From Eubacteriales bacterium (GTDB taxonomy: Bacteria; Bacillota; Clostridia; Oscillospirales; CAG-382): a stretch of 64,000 bases of DNA. How positions within the stretch are numbered: the stretch's first letter is position 1; each line of letters opens with the position of its first letter. Of the stretch, positions 1 to 8,796 are shown in pieces. A program made the translations under genes and the position numbers. The stretch is from contig JAZOBE010000015.1 in the NCBI GenBank assembly GCA_045595785.1, positions 6,989-70,988 on the forward strand, written 5' to 3'. The notes under the pieces were generated by a model. The model made no database searches, was not told the DNA's origin, and saw nothing but the letters and a program-made list of their open reading frames with translations.

Positions 1-328
1 TTTCCTCTACAAACTTCAGCTTTTTTGCCGTGCTGTCAAGTGCTGTAAAATGGCAATCGGGTGCGCAAAGGGCCAGCGGAAAGGTGGGAAATCCGCCGCC
101 GCATCCAACGTCAATAACACTTTTGTCCTTAAACAGCCCGGTGGAAAGGGGAGAAAGTGAATCTACAAAATGAAGTAAAGCTATCTCCTCGTCGGTCTTA
201 AGGTCGGTTACGTTAAGATTTCCCTCAATACGCTTTAAGCACTCGGCTATTTTCGCAAATCCTGCTTCCTGCTCCTCGGTTAAAGAGAAGGGAGCGTATT
301 TTTTTGTAATATCAACTATGTTTTTCAT
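1..328 (-). CDS. rsmG: 16S rRNA m7G527 methyltransferase RsmG/GidB (3' end runs off the window)
   Basis: Manual translation from ATG at 328: MKNIVDITKKY...LLHFVDSL...VIDVGCGGGFP...TALDSTAKKLKFV, giving the HFxDS motif and SAM-binding DxGxGxGFP. Overlaps the end of mnmG. Confidence 0.93.
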   Translation of the reverse strand, partial: MKNIVDITKKYAPFSLTEEQEAGFAKIAECLKRIEGNLNVTDLKTDEEIALLHFVDSLSPLSTGLFKDKSVIDVGCGGGFPTFPLALCAPDCHFTALDSTAKKLKFVEE

Positions 329-2186
329 CGGTTTTCCTTTGTGTAAGCCATACCAACAGCACGGAAATATCCGCAGGTGATATGCCGGATATTCGGGACG
401 CTTGTCCAACTGATGCAGGGCGGAGCGCATTAAGCTTTTGCGCCGCTTCAAGACGGATTCCCTTTATAAGCGAATAATCCGCATCGGCAGGAAGCGCTTT
501 GTCCTCCAGCTTGCTTACGCGTTTTACCTCGTCCAGTTCTTTTTTGATATAGCCTTCGTATTTTATCTCGGTCTCCGCACGTCTGGCAACCTCGCGCTTT
601 ACATTTCTGCCGTCCAGCGCGCATATATCCTCGTGGGTTATTGCAGGGCGTTTGATAAGCTCTGCCTTTCTCATACCGCCCTCGGGTTCTACGTATCCAC
701 GGGATAAAAGCAGATTTGTAAGCGCCTCTGTTTTGGGTACGGAATTGGTGCGGAGATGGTTTATCTCTTCTTCCACTTGCTTGTAAAGCTGTACGTATTC
801 ATCGTACTTTTCGTCAGAAACAAGTCCTGCGTATCTGCCGTAATCAATAAGACGCTGTTTAGCATTGTCCTGCCTCAAAAGCAGACGGTATTCGCTACGG
901 GATGTCATCATACGGTAAGGCTCATTTGTGCCCTTGGTTACGAGATCGTCAATAAGCGTGCCGATATAGCTCTCGCTTCGCTTAAGTATTATCTGCTCTC
1001 TGCCTTGAATTTTCAAGGAAGCGTTAATTCCCGCGATAATACCTTGTGCCGCCGCCTCCTCATATCCCGAGCTTCCGTTAAACTGTCCTGCGCCGTACAG
1101 ACCCTGCAAGGACTTGAACTCCAAGGTCGCGTACATTTGAGTAGGGTCGGCACAATCATATTCAATGGCGTATGCGGTGCGCATAAACACAGCGTTTTCC
1201 AATCCCTTTATAGAGTGGACTATCTGCTTTTGAACTTCCTCGGGCAAAGAGGAGGAAAGTCCCTGAAGATACATTTCCTTTGTGTGCTCGCCCATAGGCT
1301 CAACGAATATCTGGTGGCGTTCCTTGTCCGCAAAGCGCACCACCTTGTCCTCAATAGAGGGGCAGTATCTGGGCCCCGTTCCCTTGATAACACCCGAGAA
1401 AAGGGGGGAACGGTGCAGGTTTTCTCTTATAATACGATGGGTTTCGGTGTTGGTATAGGTGATATAGCATTCCCGTTTGTTTTTGCCTGCGTTTTCGTCT
1501 GAAAAGCGGGTAGCAAACTCATCACCCTCCTGCCTTTCCATCTTGTCGTAATCAAGACTGTCAGCGTGTACTCTGGGGGGAGTTCCGGTTTTGAAACGGG
1601 TGAGGATTATACCGTTTTCTCGTAAAGACTGCGAAAGTCTGTCTGCGGAAATGGTGTTGTCGGGTCCGGAAGAATATGCGTGCTCACCTGCGATTATCTT
1701 GCCTTTGAGTGAAGTGCCCGTTGCGATGATAACAGCCTTGGCAGGAAAATGTCCGCCAAAGGCAGTATCAACTCCCGTAACCTTGCCGTCCTCTGCGGTT
1801 ATTCCCGTTACCTCCGCCTGAATGAGCGTGAGGTTTTGGGTGCTTTCCACCACTTCGGTCATATAGTTTCTGTATGCCACTCTGTCTGCCTGCAAGCGGA
1901 GCGAGTGTACCGCAGGACCCTTGCTGGCATTTAACATTCTGCTTTGAAGCATAGCAAAGTCGGCGGCTTTTCCCATCTCACCGCCTAAAGCATCCACTTC
2001 ATATACCAGGTGCCCTTTTCCCGTTCCTCCAATGGAAGGGTTGCAGGGCATATTGCCCACAAGGTCAAGGGTAAGGGTAAACAGCGCGGTCTTTAATCCC
2101 ATTCGGGCACCGGCAAGCGCCGCTTCAATTCCTGCATGACCTGCGCCCACAACCGCAATATCATAGTTTTCTGCTGTATAACTCAT
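312..2186 (-). CDS. mnmG: tRNA U34 carboxymethylaminomethyl modification enzyme MnmG/GidA
   Basis: GAGHAG FAD motif, MPCNPSIGG, GPRYCPSIEDK, GQFNGSSGYEEAAAQG, EPYRMMTSRSEYRL. Confidence 0.98.
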   Translation of the reverse strand: MSYTAENYDIAVVGAGHAGIEAALAGARMGLKTALFTLTLDLVGNMPCNPSIGGTGKGHLVYEVDALGGEMGKAADFAMLQSRMLNASKGPAVHSLRLQADRVAYRNYMTEVVESTQNLTLIQAEVTGITAEDGKVTGVDTAFGGHFPAKAVIIATGTSLKGKIIAGEHAYSSGPDNTISADRLSQSLRENGIILTRFKTGTPPRVHADSLDYDKMERQEGDEFATRFSDENAGKNKRECYITYTNTETHRIIRENLHRSPLFSGVIKGTGPRYCPSIEDKVVRFADKERHQIFVEPMGEHTKEMYLQGLSSSLPEEVQKQIVHSIKGLENAVFMRTAYAIEYDCADPTQMYATLEFKSLQGLYGAGQFNGSSGYEEAAAQGIIAGINASLKIQGREQIILKRSESYIGTLIDDLVTKGTNEPYRMMTSRSEYRLLLRQDNAKQRLIDYGRYAGLVSDEKYDEYVQLYKQVEEEINHLRTNSVPKTEALTNLLLSRGYVEPEGGMRKAELIKRPAITHEDICALDGRNVKREVARRAETEIKYEGYIKKELDEVKRVSKLEDKALPADADYSLIKGIRLEAAQKLNALRPASVGQASRISGISPADISVLLVWLTQRKTDEKHS

Positions 2187-2189
2187 AAT

Positions 2190-3536
2190 TTATTTACCTA
2201 CGCAAAAATGCGAAAAAATCTCGTTTACAATTTCTTGTGTCGCCGTTCTGCCGTCGATCTCACCCAAAGCGGATATGGCGCGCTCAATACACTCGCCTGC
2301 AATATCCTGAGTAAATCCGTCCAGGGCGGTTATGGCATCGTCAATATTTTCCATTGCCCGTCTTATGGCGGCATACTGCCTTGCGGAAACGATTATATCT
2401 TCACTGTCCGCTTGAGATGAACCGGAAAATATGCGTATTTTTTCCTTTAATTCGTTTTCGCCGTCTCCCGTAGCCGCAGACATATATACTGCGTTTTCAA
2501 AGGGCGCAACCGATATTCTTCCTTTATCGCACTTGTTCATAACCGTTATAACACGGTCTTTTTTATCCTCAAGCAGACTGATAAGCTCCATATCCTCACC
2601 GTCAAGAGGATTACTGCAGTCAAACACAGCTATGATAAGAGACGCTTTTTCTATTTCCTTTATACTGCGCTTTATTCCTGCCGCCTCCACAGTTTCTCCG
2701 CTTTCCCGTATGCCTGCGGTGTCCGCCAGATTAAGCAGAATATCATCCACCTTTACCTGCTCGGTAATAACGTCACGGGTGGTACCTGCAATGTCGGTTA
2801 CAATAGCTCTGTCGGTACCGCAAAGTAAATTCATAAGTGTGGATTTTCCCGTGTTTGGCTTTCCTGCAATAACCGTGGGAATACCCTCGGATATAGCTTT
2901 TCCGTATTTATGTGTGCCTGCAAGTCTGTTAAGCTCGTCCTTAACATTCTTCAGTGAGCCCAGCATTTCCTCCACCGACATATCCGTCATATCCTCGTCG
3001 GGATAATCAATATACGCATACACCGTGGCGGCGGTGAGTATAAGCTTTGAGCAGACAAAATCTATTTTTTTGCTTATATTTCCGTCAAGCTGGCGCAGGC
3101 TTACCGCAAGATGCTTTTCACTGTGGGCATCAATAAGTCCGCCTACAGCCTCCGCCTGTGAAAGTGTAATTTTTCCGTTTATATACGCACGTCTGGTGAA
3201 CTCTCCCGCACCGGCAGGAACAGCCCCTGCCGCAAAGCATGCACGAAGCAGCTTTTCCTGCACCAATACTCCGCCGTGACAGCAAAGCTCTGCCGTGTCC
3301 TCTCCCGTAAAGGAACGGGGGGATATAAATACAGTCGCCATACCGTCATCAAAATTACCGTCCTCATCACGGAAATATCCGTGTACGGCTTTGCCCGCGG
3401 GGTAATCGCATATATCCTTTCCGCTTGCAGGCAAAAACACCTTGCGGCAGACGGATACGGCATCCTCGCCGGATATTCGTATTAATGCCACACCGCCTTT
3501 TCCTCTGGGGGTGGATATTGCCGCAACGGTACTCAT
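2190..3536 (-). CDS. mnmE: tRNA modification GTPase MnmE/TrmE
   Basis: AAISTPRGKGG, SPRSFTGED, GKPNTGKS, GTTRD, DTAG, NKCD and C-terminal FCVGK. Confidence 0.98.
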   Translation of the reverse strand: MSTVAAISTPRGKGGVALIRISGEDAVSVCRKVFLPASGKDICDYPAGKAVHGYFRDEDGNFDDGMATVFISPRSFTGEDTAELCCHGGVLVQEKLLRACFAAGAVPAGAGEFTRRAYINGKITLSQAEAVGGLIDAHSEKHLAVSLRQLDGNISKKIDFVCSKLILTAATVYAYIDYPDEDMTDMSVEEMLGSLKNVKDELNRLAGTHKYGKAISEGIPTVIAGKPNTGKSTLMNLLCGTDRAIVTDIAGTTRDVITEQVKVDDILLNLADTAGIRESGETVEAAGIKRSIKEIEKASLIIAVFDCSNPLDGEDMELISLLEDKKDRVITVMNKCDKGRISVAPFENAVYMSAATGDGENELKEKIRIFSGSSQADSEDIIVSARQYAAIRRAMENIDDAITALDGFTQDIAGECIERAISALGEIDGRTATQEIVNEIFSHFCVGK

Positions 3537-4024
3537 TTGAACAGATCTCCCTCGGTCTTAAAACCGTCAAAATTATTTTGTCTCAACGCCTCGTAAACAG
3601 CAATTGCCGCCGCGTTGGAAAGATTAAGGCTGCGTATCTCGTCCAGCATGGGGATTCTCACACAGGACTCTCTGTTTGCTTTAAGCAGTTCCTCGGGCAG
3701 ACCCTTTGTCTCTTTGCCGAAGATAAGGTAAACGTCGCCCGTATAACAAACGTCGGTATACTTTTTGTCTGCCTTGGTGGTAAAATACCAAAAGGCGCCC
3801 ACGTTCTTTTCGTAAAACTCTTCAATGTTGTCGTAATACCTTACGTCCAGATATTTCCAATAATCCAGCCCTGCACGCTTTAAGGTGCGGTCACTTATCT
3901 CAAAGCCAAAAGGACGTATGAGATGAAGCGTCGCTCCGGTGGCGGCGCAGGTACGGGATATGTTTCCGGTGTTTTGGGGTATTTCAGGCTCTAAAAGCAC
4001 TACGTTTATACGGCTCAAACTCAA
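3533..4024 (-). CDS. trmL: tRNA (cytidine/uridine-34-2'-O)-methyltransferase TrmL
   Basis: EPEIPQNTGN, LKRAGLDYW, FGKETKGLP, RSLNLSN SPOUT motifs. TTG start; stop overlaps the mnmE start (ATGA). Confidence 0.95.
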   Translation of the reverse strand: MSLSRINVVLLEPEIPQNTGNISRTCAATGATLHLIRPFGFEISDRTLKRAGLDYWKYLDVRYYDNIEEFYEKNVGAFWYFTTKADKKYTDVCYTGDVYLIFGKETKGLPEELLKANRESCVRIPMLDEIRSLNLSNAAAIAVYEALRQNNFDGFKTEGDLFK

Positions 4025-4046
4025 AAACCTCTTTTCTTTACCTCAT

Positions 4047-4075
4047 AGTATATAACATTTTCGTTAAATATGCAA
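4047..4075 (-). promoter_or_regulatory. Putative sigmaA promoter of the trmL-mnmEG-rsmG operon
   Basis: TTGCAT-17 nt-TATACT on the minus strand. Confidence 0.55.
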
Positions 4076-4161
4076 TTATTTTTACAAAAAGGTATGTATT
4101 TTTCTCTTCTTTTGATGTATAATAAACTGATTAAGACTATAAATAGGAGGAATTTTTACTT

Positions 4162-6903
4162 ATGTCTTTTCTTTCTACACTGTTTCCGTCCTACAGCGCG
4201 AGACAGATCAAAAAGCTGAACGTAATTGCTGATAAAATAGATGCACTTGCAGACCGTTATTCCGCTATGAGCGATGACGAGCTGAAAGCGCAAACCGATA
4301 TATTTCGTTCCCGCCTGCAAAAGGGGGAAACCACAGATGACCTGCTGCCTGAAGCCTTTGCCGTTGTCCGCGAGGTAGCGGACAGAGTTCTGGGCAAGCG
4401 TCCCTTCCGTGTACAGCTTCTTGCAGGTATAGTACTGCATCAGGGCAGAATTGCGGAAATGAAGACCGGTGAGGGTAAGACCCTTATGGCTACTCTTCCC
4501 GCATATCTTAACGCACTTGAAGGCAAGGGCGTACACGTTGTTACCGTAAACGATTACCTTGCAAAGCGAGACAGTGAGTGGAACGGAAATATATTCCGCT
4601 TTCTCGGTCTCTCTGTAGGACTTATTATTAACGGTCTCACTCCCGACCAGCGCAAAGCGGCTTATGCCTGCGATATTACCTATGGCACCAATAACGAAAT
4701 GGGCTTCGATTACCTCCGTGATAATATGGTGGTGTACAAGGAGCGTCAGGTGCAGAGAGGACATTTCTTCGCTATCGTTGACGAGGTGGACTCTATTCTT
4801 ATCGACGAAGCCCGTACCCCCCTTATTATTTCCGGCGCAGGCGAAAAAAGCTCGGAAATGTATGAGAAGGTGGATCGTTTCGTGCGCCGTCTCAAGCCTC
4901 TTGTTATAAAGGAGAACGATTCCAAAAAGTCTGACGAGGATCTGGAAGAGGATTATATCGTTGACGAAAAGGCGCGTAACGCAGTTCTTACCGGTAATGG
5001 TATTAAAAAGGCGGAAGAATACTTCGGAATAGAAAATCTGGGTGACTACGAAAATACCGACCTTGTGCATTATCTTAACAATGCTATCCGTGCTCACGGC
5101 GTTATGAAGGACGATGTGGACTATATCGTCAAGGACGGCGAGGTGCTTATTATAGACTCCTTTACGGGACGTATTATGCCCGGCAGACGTTTCTCTAACG
5201 GCTTGCATCAGGCTATTGAAGCCAAGGAAAACGTTGATATTCAGAAGGAGAATATGACTCAGGCGACCATCACCTTCCAGAATTACTTCAGAATGTACCA
5301 AAAGCTTTCGGGCATGACCGGTACCGCAGTAACCGAGGAAGAGGAGTTCCGCGGCATATACAGTCTTGACGTTGTGGAGATACCTACCAACCGTCCTATG
5401 ATCAGAAAAGACCATAATGACGTAATGTATACCACCATAAACGGAAAATACCGTGCTATTATTGCGCAGATACTTGAATGCCACAAGAAGGGACAGCCCG
5501 TTCTGGTAGGTACCGCTTCTATAGATAAGAGTGAGGCGCTTTCCAAAATACTTACCGTAAACAAGATAAAGCACAGCGTGCTTAATGCCAAGAACCACGA
5601 AAAGGAAGCAGAGATAATCGCACAGGCAGGTAAGTTCGGTGCGGTCACCATCGCTACCAATATGGCAGGACGAGGCACCGATATTATGCTTGGCGGTAAC
5701 TCCGAGTATCTTGCAAAGGCACAGATGCGTGACGAGGGATTTACCGAGGAGCAGATATTCGAATCCACCGAATTCGGTGTTACTGACGATGCGGATATTA
5801 TTGCCGCAAGACAGCGCTTTAAGGAGATCGAGGCTGAAAAGCGTATTGTTACCGATGAGGAAAGATCCCGTGTTCTTGAAGCCGGCGGATTGTTCATTCT
5901 CGGTACGGAGCGTCACGAAAGCCGACGTATTGACAACCAGCTCCGCGGTCGTTCGGGACGACAGGGCGACCCCGGCGAAAGCAGATTCTTCCTCTCTATG
6001 CAGGATGACCTTATGCGTCTCTTCGGCGGAGACAGAATTCAGGCACTTGCCGCCAATATTCCCGATGATCAGCCCATTGACCTTAAAATACTCTCCAACA
6101 GCGTAGAGACCGCACAAAAGCGTCTTGAGGGCAACAATTACGAGCGACGTAAGAACGTGCTTCAGTATGATGACGTTATGAACCGTCAGCGTGAGCTTAT
6201 TTACCGTCAGCGTAATGACGTGCTTGAAAACCGTGATCTTAAGAGCACTATCGAAAAGATGATAGACGAATATATCGACGGCGGTATGTTCGAGTTTATC
6301 GGTGAGCGCACCTATGACGAATGGAATCTTGACGGATTGCGCACTCACTTTGCAGGTGTACTGTGCGGTGAGGACGATTTCCGTTATACCGATGAACAGC
6401 TTAAAAAGCTTAAAGCTTCCGATATCAGAGAGCTTCTTACCAATCGCGCACAACAGCGTTATGCACTTCAGGAGGAGATTTTTACTCCCGAGGTGTTCCG
6501 TGAGATAGAGCGCAGACTCCTGCTTGCCAGTGTTGACCGCAACTGGGTAATTCACATTGATGCGATGGATGATCTTATTTCCAGCGTTGGACTTAACGCA
6601 TACGCCCAGCGTGATCCCGTTACACAGTACAAGATACAGGGAAGCGATATGTTTGACGAAATGATCGCTACTATTCGTGAGGAGACGGTCCGCCGCGTGC
6701 TTACCGTTTCTCCCAAACGTCACGTAGAGCGCAAGCAGATATTGGTTGACGGTACTGCAGGAATGAAAGGGGATAAATCCCTTAACCGCACCGTTAAAAA
6801 GGCTCCCGTAAAGGCAGGCCCTAACGATCCCTGCCCCTGCGGAAGCGGTAAAAAATATAAAAAGTGCTGCGGTTCTCCCGCAAACGAAGCAAAAGGTGAA
6901 TAA
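4162..6903 (+). CDS. secA: Preprotein translocase ATPase SecA
   Basis: AEMKTGEGKT, DEVDSILIDEARTPLIIS, ATNMAGRGTDI, QLRGRSGRQGDPG, C-terminal SEC-C motif CPCGSGKKYKKCC. RBS GGAGG. Confidence 0.99.
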   Translation: MSFLSTLFPSYSARQIKKLNVIADKIDALADRYSAMSDDELKAQTDIFRSRLQKGETTDDLLPEAFAVVREVADRVLGKRPFRVQLLAGIVLHQGRIAEMKTGEGKTLMATLPAYLNALEGKGVHVVTVNDYLAKRDSEWNGNIFRFLGLSVGLIINGLTPDQRKAAYACDITYGTNNEMGFDYLRDNMVVYKERQVQRGHFFAIVDEVDSILIDEARTPLIISGAGEKSSEMYEKVDRFVRRLKPLVIKENDSKKSDEDLEEDYIVDEKARNAVLTGNGIKKAEEYFGIENLGDYENTDLVHYLNNAIRAHGVMKDDVDYIVKDGEVLIIDSFTGRIMPGRRFSNGLHQAIEAKENVDIQKENMTQATITFQNYFRMYQKLSGMTGTAVTEEEEFRGIYSLDVVEIPTNRPMIRKDHNDVMYTTINGKYRAIIAQILECHKKGQPVLVGTASIDKSEALSKILTVNKIKHSVLNAKNHEKEAEIIAQAGKFGAVTIATNMAGRGTDIMLGGNSEYLAKAQMRDEGFTEEQIFESTEFGVTDDADIIAARQRFKEIEAEKRIVTDEERSRVLEAGGLFILGTERHESRRIDNQLRGRSGRQGDPGESRFFLSMQDDLMRLFGGDRIQALAANIPDDQPIDLKILSNSVETAQKRLEGNNYERRKNVLQYDDVMNRQRELIYRQRNDVLENRDLKSTIEKMIDEYIDGGMFEFIGERTYDEWNLDGLRTHFAGVLCGEDDFRYTDEQLKKLKASDIRELLTNRAQQRYALQEEIFTPEVFREIERRLLLASVDRNWVIHIDAMDDLISSVGLNAYAQRDPVTQYKIQGSDMFDEMIATIREETVRRVLTVSPKRHVERKQILVDGTAGMKGDKSLNRTVKKAPVKAGPNDPCPCGSGKKYKKCCGSPANEAKGE

Positions 6904-6905
6904 TA

Positions 6906-7475
6906 ATGGGATTCGGTTTAGTCTTGCTGGGTCTGGCTCTGCTTATAGGAGTTGAGGCAGGCTTCGGCGTTATCGGATATCCGCTTATTTGCTACGGCTG
7001 TATCAAATTAAGCCGAATTCACGATGATTTTAAAATATGCGCTGTTCTTGCGCTGTTAAATATACCGTATTCGGCGGCGTCGGGGCTGACTCTGTTCGGA
7101 TTTCTCCCTGCCAATAATACGGTTACCAATTGCCTCAACGTAATGCATTACGTGTTTTCCGCGTTTATGTTTTGGTATTTCTGTATGCGTATACGCGCCA
7201 TCGCCAAGGAAGGCGAGGACGAAAGACTTACTTCCACAGCCATCTTTAACGGTCTTATGGCGGTAAGCTACTGTGTCTGGACTCTGGCAGTGGTTTTTGT
7301 TCCGTTTATACAGAATACCATTATAGCAGGTCTGTTGGTATTACTTAAATACGTACTGTTGGTTATGGGAATATTCTTCCTGCTTTCCTGCGGTGCAAAA
7401 ATAACCACACCTGCGCAGATGGCAAGAGAAAAAGCGCAGGAGATTGAAAAGGTAAATAAAAAGAACAAAAAATAA
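6906..7475 (+). CDS. Hypothetical polytopic membrane protein (about 5-6 TM)
   Basis: Hydrophobic segments throughout, basic C-terminal tail, starts 2 nt after the secA stop. Confidence 0.8.
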   Translation: MGFGLVLLGLALLIGVEAGFGVIGYPLICYGCIKLSRIHDDFKICAVLALLNIPYSAASGLTLFGFLPANNTVTNCLNVMHYVFSAFMFWYFCMRIRAIAKEGEDERLTSTAIFNGLMAVSYCVWTLAVVFVPFIQNTIIAGLLVLLKYVLLVMGIFFLLSCGAKITTPAQMAREKAQEIEKVNKKNKK

Positions 7476-7488
7476 AGGAGGAGTAAAG

Positions 7489-8796
7489 GTGAAAAAGAAA
7501 ACGCTGCCGTTTTTTCTGTCTCCGCTTATACCCATAGGCGTTATATTTCTGTGCAACCCAATATTCGGTATAACAGATATTTTGCCCGATGTTATCGGAT
7601 GCCTGTGCTTGTGGCTGGGACTGACCGAGCTTTCGTATATCGAAAGCCGCATAGATTTTGCCCGTAAAAAGCTTCTTTTGCTGGCGGCGGTATGCGGAAT
7701 AAAGCTTGTACTCACTCCTTACGTTTCCCGCAGCGGCGTTTCTTCGGATATGCTGGCGGCAACGGCATTCTTCGGCGTGATAGAAGCGTTACTGCTCATA
7801 CTTATTTTTAACGATGTTTACGAGGGGCTTACATACGCAGTTTCCCGTAGAGGTGAGGGGGAATCGCTCAGAGCTTTTGACGGAGCGAAAATACTTGCCA
7901 TTGTATTCGTGATTGCCCGCACGTTGCTTAACATTATTCCCGAATGCGCTTCTATTTTTGAGCTTGCCGCCCATACGGATATTACCAACGCAGAGCTGTT
8001 TTACAGCATTGCGGGACTGAAAAATTATTTCCACCTGCTTAACGGATTTTTGGTGCTTATTGCAGGTATATGGTGGGCAGTAAGCTTATGCGGTATTTTC
8101 CGCAGACTTCGCAAGGATACGCTGTTTGTCTCCCGTCTGGAGGAGTCTTATGACAGCGGATATTCACAAAATCTTGCCGTTAAAGTAAAAATGTGGTTGA
8201 AAACAGCCGCCCGAATAGTTATGCTGGCGCTTGTTTTCTATTTCCCGTTGGATATCGTATTTACCAGCGTGCTTCCTAATTTCGTTGCAACTGCACTGCT
8301 TCTTTTAGGCGTTTCCGTTATGGGAATACCTTTAAGAAAAAAGCTTTGGAAGCAGTTTAATATACCTGTTTGTATCTATGCTTTTGCAATTCAGATATTT
8401 GCATACGTATATCGCGCTTTGGCGGTAGATCTGACTATAGACTTTTTCCATCAGCTTGTTGTTATCGACGTTGTCATTTGCTCGGTCATAGGTATTGCGG
8501 AGATAGTGTCTTTTGTTTTGCTTGCCAAAATGTGCGAGAGGATATTTAATGGCTACGTTGAGCAGATATGTCCTGAGGGAACCGAAAAGCTTATGTATTC
8601 GGCAAAGATAGCGGTATACGCTTCAAGCATTATATATCTTGTAGGCTACGCGCTCCCCTTGCTCAGAGGTTATCTTGTAATCCCTCAGGCAGTTGCTTTA
8701 ATAGTTATCGGCGCAATAATAAACTCAAACGTTAATTTCGTTACTGGAAGTTTAGAAGATCCGGAGGTTAGCAGTAAATTATGTGCGGATTCATAG
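7489..8796 (+). CDS. Hypothetical polytopic membrane protein (about 10-12 TM) with an internal repeat
   Basis: AAGGAGG RBS with GTG start. DILPDVIG and SVLPNFVA motifs begin the two halves. Overlaps the asnB start. Confidence 0.82.
   Translation: MKKKTLPFFLSPLIPIGVIFLCNPIFGITDILPDVIGCLCLWLGLTELSYIESRIDFARKKLLLLAAVCGIKLVLTPYVSRSGVSSDMLAATAFFGVIEALLLILIFNDVYEGLTYAVSRRGEGESLRAFDGAKILAIVFVIARTLLNIIPECASIFELAAHTDITNAELFYSIAGLKNYFHLLNGFLVLIAGIWWAVSLCGIFRRLRKDTLFVSRLEESYDSGYSQNLAVKVKMWLKTAARIVMLALVFYFPLDIVFTSVLPNFVATALLLLGVSVMGIPLRKKLWKQFNIPVCIYAFAIQIFAYVYRALAVDLTIDFFHQLVVIDVVICSVIGIAEIVSFVLLAKMCERIFNGYVEQICPEGTEKLMYSAKIAVYASSIIYLVGYALPLLRGYLVIPQAVALIVIGAIINSNVNFVTGSLEDPEVSSKLCADS

Noticed and set aside
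4156-6723. 855-aa antisense ORF opposite secA
   Set aside because: It is a codon-register mirror of secA. Avoidance of TTA/CTA/TCA in the sense gene removes antisense stops, and the product has no recognisable motifs.
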